Origin: a virus
Lineage: Duplodnaviria > Caudoviricetes
Reading direction: 5' to 3' (one strand)
Length of the DNA: 64,000 bases
Virus record (IMG/VR): IMGVR_UViG_3300042350_003419
Location: 17,975-81,974 of that record
Part shown: piece after piece, positions 10,341 through 18,761 of the stretch
Numbering within the stretch: position 1 is the first letter of the stretch
How the letters are laid out: every line of letters starts with the position of its first letter
Notes under the pieces: generated by a model
Databases searched by the model: none
The model's input: the letters and a program-made list of their open reading frames with translations, nothing else
What the model was told of the DNA's origin: nothing
Position numbers and translations under genes: made by a program

Positions 10341-11522
10341 ATGGATTTTAACTTTAAGACAAAACTAGCGGAGAAGAATGTGGTCAATCAAATGACAGTT
10401 TTTAACTCTGAAGAGGTTGATACCAAAAAGCAACCTATGTTTTTTGGACAACCACTAGGAATTCAAAGATACGATTCTTACAAATATCCAATCTTCGATA
10501 AATTAACAACTCAACAACTAGGATATTTTTGGAGACCTGAAGAGGTCTCTCTTCAAAAGGATAGAGGAGATTATCAATCTCTTCGCCCAGAACAAAAGCA
10601 TATTTTCACCAGTAATCTGAAGTATCAGGTTATGCTTGATTCTGTTCAGGGAAGAGGTCCTGGTATGGCATTTGCTCCTTACTGTTCTCTTCCTGAACTG
10701 GAAGCATGTATGAAGGTGTGGGAGTTTATGGAGATGATCCATTCCCGTTCATATACATATATTATCAAAAATGTTTATTCAGATCCTTCTGAAGTCTTTG
10801 ATACGATTCTGAAAGACGAACGTATTATGGAACGTGCTGTCAGTGTAACTGAGGCATATAATGACTTCATTAATAGTGCTCAACATTATGGAACTTCTGA
10901 ACTTTGGAAACACGCCCAAGAACAAGTTCCCCACGCACAGGAAGAAAGATATGAACTCAAACGCAAATTATTCAGAGCAGTTGCAAATGTTAATATACTT
11001 GAAGGTATTCGCTTTTATGTCAGTTTTGCTTGCAGTTTTGCATTTGGCGAACTCAAGCTTATGGAAGGAAGTGCAAAAATCATAGGTCTAATTGCCCGTG
11101 ATGAGAATCAACACCTTGTCATTACTCAGAACATTCTAAACAAATGGAAAGAGGGTGATGATCCTGATATGGCACGTATTTCAAGAGAAGAAGAACAGTG
11201 GGTCTACAAGACCTTTGAGAATGCTGTCAATCAAGAAAAACTTTGGGCAGAGTATCTGTTCAAAGATGGTTCTATGATTGGTCTAAATGACAAACTGTTA
11301 CAGCAGTATGTTGAATGGATTGCTAACCGTAGAATGAAGGCAATCGGACTGAAACCTCTTTATGATATTCCGGCAAAGAATAATCCCCTTCCTTGGACTG
11401 AGCACTGGATTTCCTCTAAAGGACTTCAAGTGGCACCTCAGGAGACGGAAGTTGAGTCTTATATCGTTGGAGGAATCAAGCAAGATGTTACCAAAGATAC
11501 TTTCTCAGGATTCCAACTATGA
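10341..11522 (+). CDS. nrdB: ribonucleotide reductase beta subunit
   Basis: FWRPEE, EMIHSRSY, LEGIRFYVSF, ARDENQH, VAPQETE motifs. Confidence 0.97.
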   Translation: MDFNFKTKLAEKNVVNQMTVFNSEEVDTKKQPMFFGQPLGIQRYDSYKYPIFDKLTTQQLGYFWRPEEVSLQKDRGDYQSLRPEQKHIFTSNLKYQVMLDSVQGRGPGMAFAPYCSLPELEACMKVWEFMEMIHSRSYTYIIKNVYSDPSEVFDTILKDERIMERAVSVTEAYNDFINSAQHYGTSELWKHAQEQVPHAQEERYELKRKLFRAVANVNILEGIRFYVSFACSFAFGELKLMEGSAKIIGLIARDENQHLVITQNILNKWKEGDDPDMARISREEEQWVYKTFENAVNQEKLWAEYLFKDGSMIGLNDKLLQQYVEWIANRRMKAIGLKPLYDIPAKNNPLPWTEHWISSKGLQVAPQETEVESYIVGGIKQDVTKDTFSGFQL

Positions 11523-11637
11523 TGAATGGTGCGAACAGGAAATCCTGAACGCATATCAAGAGGCAGCAGAGTGTGATGAGTTTCTTTTTGGTGATTATGA
11601 TTATGAAAAAGAATGGATGAATAATGAGGGTCCTTGA
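11485..11637 (+). CDS. small acidic hypothetical protein
   Basis: ATG at 11485 overlapping the nrdB 3' end, 50 aa. Confidence 0.4.
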   Translation: MLPKILSQDSNYDEWCEQEILNAYQEAAECDEFLFGDYDYEKEWMNNEGP

Positions 11638-11658
11638 GACCCTCTTTTTTTATAAATA
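11627..11658 (+). terminator. terminator fused to late promoter
   Basis: GAGGGTC-cttga-GACCCTC, T-run, TATAAATA. Confidence 0.75.
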
Positions 11659-11686
11659 AAACTATAAAGAACTAAAAAAGAAAAAA

Positions 11687-13117
11687 ATGTCAAGAATTAC
11701 AGGTAGTGACGCTAAGGGTTTGATGGAAGCGTATGCTGCAGTTTATGCTCCTCAAGAACTTACTGAAGAACAAATCTGGGAAGAAGTTGAGAACTGGGTC
11801 AACTCACTTCTAGAAGAGGGTTATGACCTGAGTGAGTATACCTGGGAAGAGATGTATGAGTCTTATTTAAATGAGTTTAGTGTCAGAGATGTTACTGCAG
11901 GAGCAAGACAAAATCTAAATAGAGCTGCCTCGACTGTTAGTGATATTGCAGGATCAGGATTACGAGGATATGCTGGCAAAACGACTACATCTACAAATCC
12001 AATATCTAGAACTTTTAATGCTGCTACTAGGGGAGTAAGAGATGCAGCAGCTGGGTTTGTAACAGGTAGAGGTTCTACTCCTGAAGCAAAACCTTCTTCT
12101 TCAAGCAAATCAGATCAAAAACCAGGAGTTTCAAATATTCCTGCAGGAACAAAAAATTCACCATATAACCAACAGAATTTGGGTGGAGACCAGTTTAAAG
12201 CATATAAAGCTGGTGGTGGTGATGCAGCAATGGCTAAAGGAAGTGGAACTGCTGCTGAGATAATCGCAAGAGGAAGAAAATCTTTAACCCCACCAGGTTC
12301 AGGGCTCCCTCCTGAAGCGCTGATGCGAGTTCCTGGACCAAAACTAACCGCAACTCAACCTGTTTCTCCCACAAGACCCGCTGCTGCTGCTCCTGCCGCT
12401 ACTAGACCTGCAGGACCAAAAGTTGCTCCAACAAAACCAGCACCAGCACCAACAAAACCAGCAGGGTCTGCAATGGACCAGTGGGCATCAACACCAGCAA
12501 ATAAACGTCTTGCCGCTGCCGCTGCAGAAAAGGCAAGAATTCGTGGAACTCAACAGACTGATAATCCTTTAATGAAGGATATGAGGTCCAGACTTCCTAT
12601 GAACTCTCCTTCAGTTCAATCTCCTGCAGTTTCTAACCTTGGTAAAGGTAATCAGTCCTTATCACAAAATCCAAATGCTTTTAAGGCAGCAACTCCATCT
12701 AAAGCAATTGCTGCTGCTCCTAGCACCTCTGCTGCTGCCTCTGGAAGCGTTGTACCTGCCACTGCCGCAATTGCCTCAAGCCCTAAACCAACCCCTGTGG
12801 CACCCAGACAGACCGCTAGAGAGAAGGTTCTAAACCAGTCCTATGAGTATGATGCTTTTGATCTAGTCCTTGAGTATCTCATCGACAACGAGCACGTAGA
12901 GACCGTAGATGAGGCACTTTATGTGATGATGGAGATGGACTCCGAGACTATTCTGGGAATAGTTTCCGAGCAATCTAATACTCTTATTACACCGGAACAA
13001 AGAAGAGCAGACGAACTGAAATATGGTATAAAGAGAACTACTCCAGTGCCTCCTCCAGTGCCTCCTGCTAAACCTGGTGGAGCGAAAGTAAAACCAGGTT
13101 CAAAGATGCCTCTATAA
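11687..13117 (+). CDS. putative internal virion protein with Pro/Ala-rich insert
   Basis: Late promoter; LMEAYAAVY, LLEEGYDLSEYTWEEM and DAFDLVLEYL motifs flank low-complexity sequence. Confidence 0.7.
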   Translation: MSRITGSDAKGLMEAYAAVYAPQELTEEQIWEEVENWVNSLLEEGYDLSEYTWEEMYESYLNEFSVRDVTAGARQNLNRAASTVSDIAGSGLRGYAGKTTTSTNPISRTFNAATRGVRDAAAGFVTGRGSTPEAKPSSSSKSDQKPGVSNIPAGTKNSPYNQQNLGGDQFKAYKAGGGDAAMAKGSGTAAEIIARGRKSLTPPGSGLPPEALMRVPGPKLTATQPVSPTRPAAAAPAATRPAGPKVAPTKPAPAPTKPAGSAMDQWASTPANKRLAAAAAEKARIRGTQQTDNPLMKDMRSRLPMNSPSVQSPAVSNLGKGNQSLSQNPNAFKAATPSKAIAAAPSTSAAASGSVVPATAAIASSPKPTPVAPRQTAREKVLNQSYEYDAFDLVLEYLIDNEHVETVDEALYVMMEMDSETILGIVSEQSNTLITPEQRRADELKYGIKRTTPVPPPVPPAKPGGAKVKPGSKMPL

Positions 13118-13223
13118 TAAATTCCTAATATAACTCAAAGCACCTCTTGACAAGGTGCTTTTTTATTGCTAGAATCGCTTTGCTAAGGATGAAGGATAAA
13201 TAATAGCTCTTTAAGATTACTCT

Positions 13224-13679
13224 ATGAGCTATGAGAACCCATGGAAGTTTAATGGGGAAATCTTTGAGTCTCAGCATATAGGAGATTATTTTGGATTCGT
13301 ATATCTCATATCCTGTAAGACCACCGGTAGAAAATATATTGGACGTAAGTATCTTTGGCAGTTTAGAACACCAAAAGGAAAAAAAAGAAAAGTAAAGTCT
13401 GAATCAGATTGGAAAAATTATTATGGTTCTTGTCCTGAACTTAAGGAAGATATTACGAAATATGGTAAGGAATGTTTTGAAAGAAAAATAATATCATTAC
13501 ATAAAACCAAAGGTAAATGTAATTTTGAAGAAACACGACAACTGTTCCTAAATAATGTACTGACCGAATCGCTTGACACTGGAGTTCCTGCATACTACAA
13601 TAGTAACATACTCTCCAGATATTTTAGAAAGGATTATTTTGATGGAAACTTTGGAACAGACACTTCGGTCATCACATGA
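13224..13679 (+). CDS. GIY-YIG family nuclease
   Basis: GFVYLI...RKYIGRK...YYGS, FEE, YYNSNI. Confidence 0.8.
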   Translation: MSYENPWKFNGEIFESQHIGDYFGFVYLISCKTTGRKYIGRKYLWQFRTPKGKKRKVKSESDWKNYYGSCPELKEDITKYGKECFERKIISLHKTKGKCNFEETRQLFLNNVLTESLDTGVPAYYNSNILSRYFRKDYFDGNFGTDTSVIT

Positions 13680-13818
13680 TTGGGCAATTGAACGAATTCA
13701 TTATTTGAGTGAGATGGATATTGATAATGCATATGCGATTCAATCGGAATTTAGTGAGTGGTTGAATCCTGATATTCCAGAGCATGATATTTTTTCATTA
13801 GAATACCTAGGAGATTAA
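13642..13818 (+). CDS. hypothetical protein
   Basis: 58-aa ORF overlapping upstream gene. Confidence 0.55.
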   Translation: METLEQTLRSSHDWAIERIHYLSEMDIDNAYAIQSEFSEWLNPDIPEHDIFSLEYLGD

Positions 13819-13819
13819 A

Positions 13820-14533
13820 ATGCGAATAGATCTTCATAACTTTTTTAAGCATTATGACGAAAATAACCCAAAGCATGTTGCAGCAGTAGAGCAACTTGAA
13901 GTGGATCTTGCGGACAAGAATCCTGATTTGATTGATGATACTTCAAACTGGGTTCGTATTTTCAGAACAAGACCAGTTTACGGAACAAAACCAGCAGATC
14001 CCGGTGTTCTTAATGTTCCTTACTACCCACAAACAGATAATTACAGAGATGCTCAAAGAACCTGTAATTCATCTGCTTGTGCGATGTGTTTAGAATACTT
14101 TAAACCAGGGACTCTTCAGGGAACAAAGGGTGATGACTCTTATATTCAAAAAGTATTTGCAATTGGTGACACCACTGATCATACCGTTCAGACAAAAGTT
14201 CTGGAAGGTTATGGAATTAAGTCACACTTTAGTTATAATCTTTCTTTTGCTGATCTTGATCGTGAGCTTGCTGCTGGGAGACCCGTTGTTATCGGGATCT
14301 ATCACAGGGGCACTCTATCTGCTCCTTCTGGTGGGCACATGGTTGTAGTGATTGGTAAGAGGGGTGAAGATTATGTGGTAAATGATCCTTATGGTTCTCT
14401 GAATGATGGATATACTGGTCCCGCAACAAATGGTAAGGGTGCCGTCTATAAGAAGTCTGATCTGATGTATCGTTGGTTGGAGAAAGGAAAAGATAAGACT
14501 GGATGGGGAAGGATCTTTAATGTAAAAAAGTAG
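13820..14533 (+). CDS. C39-like cysteine peptidase (putative endolysin N-part)
   Basis: LNVPYYPQ, RTCNSSACAM (Cys), GGHMVVVIG (His), VNDPYG. Confidence 0.85.
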   Translation: MRIDLHNFFKHYDENNPKHVAAVEQLEVDLADKNPDLIDDTSNWVRIFRTRPVYGTKPADPGVLNVPYYPQTDNYRDAQRTCNSSACAMCLEYFKPGTLQGTKGDDSYIQKVFAIGDTTDHTVQTKVLEGYGIKSHFSYNLSFADLDRELAAGRPVVIGIYHRGTLSAPSGGHMVVVIGKRGEDYVVNDPYGSLNDGYTGPATNGKGAVYKKSDLMYRWLEKGKDKTGWGRIFNVKK

Positions 14534-14564
14534 AAAGTTCTATTCTGAAAGAAGGAATAGAACT
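14505..14564 (+). promoter_or_regulatory. candidate -1 programmed ribosomal frameshift signal
   Basis: GGGGAAGGA, 10 nt, A_AAA_AAG (14524-14530), 5 nt, hairpin AGTTCTATTC/GAATAGAACT. Confidence 0.75.
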
Positions 14565-15000
14565 AATCAAAGAATTTGAAGGATGTCATTTAAAGGCATA
14601 CCCAGATCCTTTAACTGGAGGACTTCCAATTACGATTGGATGGGGAAGTACAAGAGACTTTAATTACACTCCATTTAAAAGAGATAAAGTCATTACTCAA
14701 GAGTATGCTGACCGTCTGTTAGAGCACGATGTATTGAATCGTTTTCTTCCTAAAATTTCTAAAATTCCCTATTGGGGTGAGATGAATGATAATCAAAGAG
14801 GAGCATTGCTCTCTTTTGCTTATAATCTTGGTGCTGATTTTTTTAACGCTCCTGGATTCAATACGATTACCAAAAAGTTAAAAGAAAAAGATTGGAAAGC
14901 AATTCCGGCAACTTTGGAAATGTATCGCAATCCTGGTAGTAAAGTGGAGGCAGGATTGAGAAGAAGACGAATTGCAGAAGGAAAACTCTGGGTGTCTTAA
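14521..15000 (+). CDS. GH24 phage lysozyme domain without its own start codon, in -1 frame to the peptidase
   Basis: Frame opens after TAA 14518-14520: EGIELIKEFEGCHLKAYPDPLTGGLPITIGWGST...ALLSFAYNLG...GLRRRRIAEGKLW; first canonical start (TTG 14734) lies after the catalytic E/D/T. Confidence 0.85.
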   Translation, partial: CKKVESSILKEGIELIKEFEGCHLKAYPDPLTGGLPITIGWGSTRDFNYTPFKRDKVITQEYADRLLEHDVLNRFLPKISKIPYWGEMNDNQRGALLSFAYNLGADFFNAPGFNTITKKLKEKDWKAIPATLEMYRNPGSKVEAGLRRRRIAEGKLWVS

Positions 15001-15188
15001 CTTTTTTCTTGATTATGAATCCAAATCTTTAAGTCTTTTACATACTTCCGTAATATTTCTGCTTGCATTAAGTGCCATTCATCCCCTGTCTTAATATATG
15101 TCTTGATGTGCTCGTCGATAGCATCAAGACATTTTTTAATGACAGGATTCCATGGTTCTCTAATTGGAGTGTTCCACTCTCTTGACAT
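14997..15188 (-). CDS. hypothetical protein
   Basis: 63-aa ORF MSREWNTPIREPWN; rare minus-strand gene. Confidence 0.65.
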   Translation of the reverse strand: MSREWNTPIREPWNPVIKKCLDAIDEHIKTYIKTGDEWHLMQAEILRKYVKDLKIWIHNQEKS

Positions 15189-15239
15189 TGGAGATAATGC
15201 GGACTCTGTATTTATAGGACACTTTACAAACTGTCATAC

Positions 15240-15268
15240 TTGACAAACACTAAATATTAACTTATTAT
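15240..15268 (+). promoter_or_regulatory. sigma70-type promoter
   Basis: TTGACA-17-TATTAT preceded by a palindromic motif. Confidence 0.65.
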
Positions 15269-15398
15269 GAAGAAATCCCTGTTATGAGCAGGGTAATTAT
15301 TATGAGTCTTTGATCGTGACAATTAGAGCCGTGGAAGGTGCCTTTTGAGAAAGAGGTGGACCCCCCTTCTATACGGATGCCGAATTCAATTAAACTTA

Positions 15399-16046
15399 AT
15401 GCTTAAAAACCTAACAAATGTAACCGTAGCGATTTTGGGTGCGGTTGCAACATCAGCGGCAACACTGCCAGCACCGAGTATGGCAACATCTTCAGCACTA
15501 CAACCGCCTTTCGCAATTGTTCCTGAAGGTCCTACTCAAGAGACAGAGACCAAAGAGGTTGTTCCCGAAAAACCTAAAGTAAAACGATTAGTTTGTAAAG
15601 GATGTAATACTAATGAGTCCCGTACTCTGGAATTCTTACAGAAACGAGGAATCAGTGACAAAAACGCCCTAGCAACCATTATGGGCAATATCCGACAAGA
15701 ATCTACCTTCACTCCTAATATCTGTGAAGGTGGTGCTAGAGTGCCTTATCACCAGTGTAGGAGTGGTGGGGTAGGAATACTCCAATGGACAAATGCTCCA
15801 AGATATTATGGTCTTGGTAAGTTTGCCGCTCGTATTGGGGGAGACCCTTCCACACTTGATACTCAATTGCAATATATGATGTATGAAGGTGATTGGAAGA
15901 TGATTGAGAATCAAATGAAAACACCTGGCAAATCCATTAATGATTATATGAGACTTGCTAAAAAATGGATACGTTGGGGGCATCATGGTGCCAGAACTGA
16001 CTTTGCTTATAATTATGCCAACCGACTGATCCTAGCAGAAGTTTGA
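15399..16046 (+). CDS. cell-wall hydrolase, phage tail lysozyme-like domain with signal peptide
   Basis: Hydrophobic N-terminus; ALATIMGNIRQES, GVGILQWT, LDTQLQY; likely ATG 15399. Confidence 0.8.
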   Translation: MLKNLTNVTVAILGAVATSAATLPAPSMATSSALQPPFAIVPEGPTQETETKEVVPEKPKVKRLVCKGCNTNESRTLEFLQKRGISDKNALATIMGNIRQESTFTPNICEGGARVPYHQCRSGGVGILQWTNAPRYYGLGKFAARIGGDPSTLDTQLQYMMYEGDWKMIENQMKTPGKSINDYMRLAKKWIRWGHHGARTDFAYNYANRLILAEV

Positions 16047-16122
16047 CACAATAGAATAACTGAAGGGGGGGGGGGTCTTAGTACCCTCCTTTTTTTATAA
16101 ATAACTAAAAAGTATTCGTAGA

Positions 16123-16575
16123 ATGGACGCACAAGAACTTCGCAATCTTCAAGAAGCATATATGGAAGTTTATGAAGAAAAAGGTGATATTAAAGATAGG
16201 GATGAAAAAGCATCTAAACAAAAAGCAGATAATATAATGTCGGGGACAAAAGCAATAACAGCATATCAATCTAGTGCTGGATACATTTCAAAAGGTGAAG
16301 GAGAACAAAGGTTAAATACTGTAAAGAAAAAAATAAACAAAAAATTGGAAAAAAGGAAAGAAAAAGTGGGAAATAGAAATCTTACTTTTTCCAGAACAAA
16401 AGGAGATGACGCATTAAAAATGGGAAAATCTCCAAGAAATCAAAAAGAACAAACAGACCTCTACGACATCATCCTCTCACACCTTCTTGATGAAGGGTAT
16501 GCCGAAACACCAGAAGCAGCAGAAGCAATTATGGTGAATATGAGTGAAGAGTGGAGAGAGAGTATTATTGGATGA
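16123..16575 (+). CDS. putative internal virion protein
   Basis: Late promoter; LQEAYMEVY and LLDEGYAETPEAAEAIM motifs shared with the 11687 ORF. Confidence 0.7.
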   Translation: MDAQELRNLQEAYMEVYEEKGDIKDRDEKASKQKADNIMSGTKAITAYQSSAGYISKGEGEQRLNTVKKKINKKLEKRKEKVGNRNLTFSRTKGDDALKMGKSPRNQKEQTDLYDIILSHLLDEGYAETPEAAEAIMVNMSEEWRESIIG

Positions 16576-16985
16576 ATTTCAATTTTGGAAATAAAAAACC
16601 AGATATAAAGCAGTATGCAATTATAGGAATTGTATTATCTTCTATTATTGCAATACTTTCCCAGTGTACTGGAGTATCTGAAAATGGACTTTGGGATTTA
16701 TTTGATGAGATTCAAAGAAAATATTTCCCACAAACTATTCTTAATGAATTTATAATTAAAGATCCTGAAAAACTGAATCGCAGAATTGGCAGAGATGTTG
16801 ATAGAGAAATTCAAAATGTAACTTCAGAATATGATCGTATTATTGAAGAAGCAGATCAAAAATATAAACCAAAATATGTTGATGAAAAGAATGATGAAAG
16901 TGTCTGCTATACTGATGAATGTAAGGCACTTGCACCTCCAATGAGAATTTGTGCAGTTTGGGTAGAAGATTGTCCAAAAAACTGA
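16572..16985 (+). CDS. hypothetical protein with N-terminal TM helix
   Basis: YAIIGIVLSSIIAILSQC; Cys-containing C-terminus. Confidence 0.65.
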   Translation: MNFNFGNKKPDIKQYAIIGIVLSSIIAILSQCTGVSENGLWDLFDEIQRKYFPQTILNEFIIKDPEKLNRRIGRDVDREIQNVTSEYDRIIEEADQKYKPKYVDEKNDESVCYTDECKALAPPMRICAVWVEDCPKN

Positions 16986-17022
16986 CTATATAAACATATC
17001 CTATTTTATTTTGGAGATTATT

Positions 17023-17211
17023 ATGTCCGTATCACAAGAACTACTGAGTGCTGTTGAAGCATGGAAAGTAGAAGACGAAAAGTTTGCTGCTGGCAATAGT
17101 GCAGCAGGAACTCGTGCTCGTAAGGCACTTCAGGAGATTGCCAAGCTGGTCAAGGCACGTAGAACCGAGATTACCGAAGAAAAGAACGCTCGTAAGGAAG
17201 CAAAGGGTTGA
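17023..17211 (+). CDS. histone H1-like (Hc1-type) small basic protein
   Basis: GNSAAGTRARKALQEIAKL motif; GGAG SD. Confidence 0.7.
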   Translation: MSVSQELLSAVEAWKVEDEKFAAGNSAAGTRARKALQEIAKLVKARRTEITEEKNARKEAKG

Positions 17212-17324
17212 CTTTAGTGCCCTGATGCCTTATAGTGGTATCACGGGTGAAGGAGGTCCAAACTTCTTATAAATCCCACACCTCCCATGCCTCTCAACGA
17301 TGCACAAACAGGGAGGTTCCTTAT

Positions 17325-17397
17325 GTCCCGTTAGCTCAGGAGACAGAGCAATTCTCTTCTAAAGAATCGGTCGTGGGTGCGAATCCTACACGGGACG
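17325..17397 (+). tRNA. tRNA-Arg(TCT)
   Basis: GTCCCGT/ACGGGAC acceptor, loop CTTCTAA; atypical T-loop TGCGAAT. Confidence 0.85.
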
Positions 17398-17451
17398 CTT
17401 TCGAATAATGCTATATTACTTGTATAAATAAACACACTTAGGTCGAAAACA

Positions 17452-17550
17452 ATGTCTTTCCAAATGAACAAACAGATTATTACCAGCGATTGCCGCTATT
17501 GGCATATCGAGGGTACTCCCCTGTTTGCGAATATGGAAAAACATATGTAA
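17452..17550 (+). CDS. 32-aa small ORF
   Basis: Between late promoter (17423-17430) and terminator hairpin (~17574-17610). Confidence 0.4.
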   Translation: MSFQMNKQIITSDCRYWHIEGTPLFANMEKHM

Positions 17551-17732
17551 GATGTAATCCATAAAAGCAAAAGAAAGGGGAGAGAAACCAAAAGTTTTCT
17601 CCCCTTTTTTATTGCCTGTGACAGTTTCCTAAGTGTCCACCAATCTCCCCCCAGAGACCAAACGGTGATATTCTTAAAGGGTGGTTGAGAGACCACCAGC
17701 ACATCGACAACCGAATATTTTCCACATTATAT

Positions 17733-17805
17733 GGGTCTGTAACTCAGTTGGTAGAGTAGCGGGCTTTTAACCTGTAAGTCGTCGGTTCGATCCCGACCAG
17801 ACCCA
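17733..17805 (+). tRNA. tRNA-Lys(TTT)
   Basis: Cloverleaf, loop CTTTTAA. Confidence 0.93.
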
Positions 17806-17809
17806 TCGT

Positions 17810-17891
17810 GGGAGGATTTCCGAGTGGCTAAAGGAATCTGACTGTAAATCAGACGGCTCTGCCTTCGCAGGTTCGAATCCTGCTCCTCCCA
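17810..17891 (+). tRNA. tRNA-Tyr(GTA)
   Basis: Cloverleaf with long variable arm, loop CTGTAAA. Confidence 0.93.
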
Positions 17892-17895
17892 CCTT

Positions 17896-17969
17896 GACCC
17901 ATTAGTGTAGCGGTCTATCACGCCACCCTGTCACGGTGGAGATCACGGGTTCAAATCCCGTATGGGTCG
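17896..17969 (+). tRNA. tRNA-Asp(GTC)
   Basis: Cloverleaf, loop CTGTCAC. Confidence 0.93.
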
Positions 17970-18017
17970 TTGCTACTCTGCCTATGGAGTGTTCCTCCTT
18001 GGCGGTTGTAGCATCAA

Positions 18018-18089
18018 GTTCCTATCGACTAGCGGTTAGGTCACTACCCTTTCAAGGTGGCAGCACGGGTTCGAATCCCGTTAGGAATA
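18018..18089 (+). tRNA. tRNA-Glu(TTC)
   Basis: Cloverleaf, loop CTTTCAA. Confidence 0.93.
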
Positions 18090-18093
18090 CTAT

Positions 18094-18166
18094 GGAAACA
18101 TAGCTTAGTTGGTAAAGCATTCGACTGATAATCGAAAGACCACTGGTTCGAGTCCAGTTGTTTCCA
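18094..18166 (+). tRNA. tRNA-Ile(GAT)
   Basis: Cloverleaf, loop CTGATAA. Confidence 0.93.
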
Positions 18167-18168
18167 TT

Positions 18169-18258
18169 GGAAGTGTGGCAGAGTGGCTTAATGCAGCGGT
18201 TTGCTAAACCGCCGATGTCTTTAAGAGGCATCCGTTGGTTCAAATCCAACCACTTCCG
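18169..18258 (+). tRNA. tRNA-Ser(GCT)
   Basis: Long variable arm, loop TTGCTAA. Confidence 0.92.
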
Positions 18259-18262
18259 CCTC

Positions 18263-18334
18263 AGCAGTATAGCTCAGTGGTAGAGTACGGGTTTCATACG
18301 CCTATGGTCGGTAGTTCAAATCTACCTACTGCTA
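18263..18334 (+). tRNA. tRNA with CAT anticodon (Met or Ile2)
   Basis: AGCAGTA/TACTGCT acceptor, loop TTCATAC, weak anticodon stem. Confidence 0.85.
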
Positions 18335-18335
18335 T

Positions 18336-18409
18336 GTGTCGTTAGTCTAATGGTAAGACAGGAGATTGTGGTTCTCTGTATGAGGGTTCGATTCCCTCAC
18401 GGCACCCCA
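18336..18409 (+). tRNA. tRNA-His(GTG)
   Basis: Loop TTGTGGT, C discriminator, encoded CCA. Confidence 0.9.
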
Positions 18410-18410
18410 T

Positions 18411-18482
18411 TCTGAGGTCGCCAAGTGGTAAGGCAGCGGGTTTTGGTCCCGCCATTCGTGGGTTCGAATCCTACCCTCAGAA
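18411..18482 (+). tRNA. tRNA-Gln(TTG)
   Basis: Loop TTTTGGT. Confidence 0.92.
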
Positions 18483-18485
18483 TTT

Positions 18486-18559
18486 GTCCTCTTAGCTCAG
18501 TGGAATAGAGCAATCGGCTACGAACCGATGTGTCGTAGGTTCAAATCCTACAGAGGACG
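18486..18559 (+). tRNA. tRNA-Arg(ACG)
   Basis: Loop CTACGAA. Confidence 0.93.
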
Positions 18560-18602
18560 CTTGACAAACTTCTTAAAGTTTGTTACTATATAAATTGTTG
18601 GA

Positions 18603-18647
18603 GGTTAAGTCCCTGTTATGTCCTTATGAGATATATTACACTTAACC
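18603..18647 (+). ncRNA. candidate small structured RNA, copy 1
   Basis: GGTTAAGT/ACTTAACC outer stem, TATGTC/GATATA inner stem, loop CTTATGA; downstream of TTGACA-17-TACTAT (18561-18589). Confidence 0.55.
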
Positions 18648-18653
18648 CATCTT

Positions 18654-18726
18654 GGGGAATTAACTCAGTTGGTAGAGTATCGCCTTTGCAAGGCGGGTGT
18701 CAGGAGTTCGAGTCTCCTATTCTCCA
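18654..18726 (+). tRNA. tRNA-Ala(TGC)
   Basis: GGGGAAT acceptor with G3:U70, loop TTTGCAA. Confidence 0.93.
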
Positions 18727-18761
18727 TTGGAGATTTATTCTCCATATATAAAAGTGATAGA

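Noticed and set aside
14734-15000. 88-aa TTG-start ORF as a stand-alone lysozyme
   Set aside because: It lacks the catalytic E/D/T segment, which lies upstream in the same frame
16065-16075. G11 homopolymer as a phase-variation switch
   Set aside because: Intergenic, in a terminator stem; length could be a sequencing artefact and no frame is affected
17727-18249. Minus-strand ORFs over the tRNA array
   Set aside because: Antisense shadows of tRNA genes
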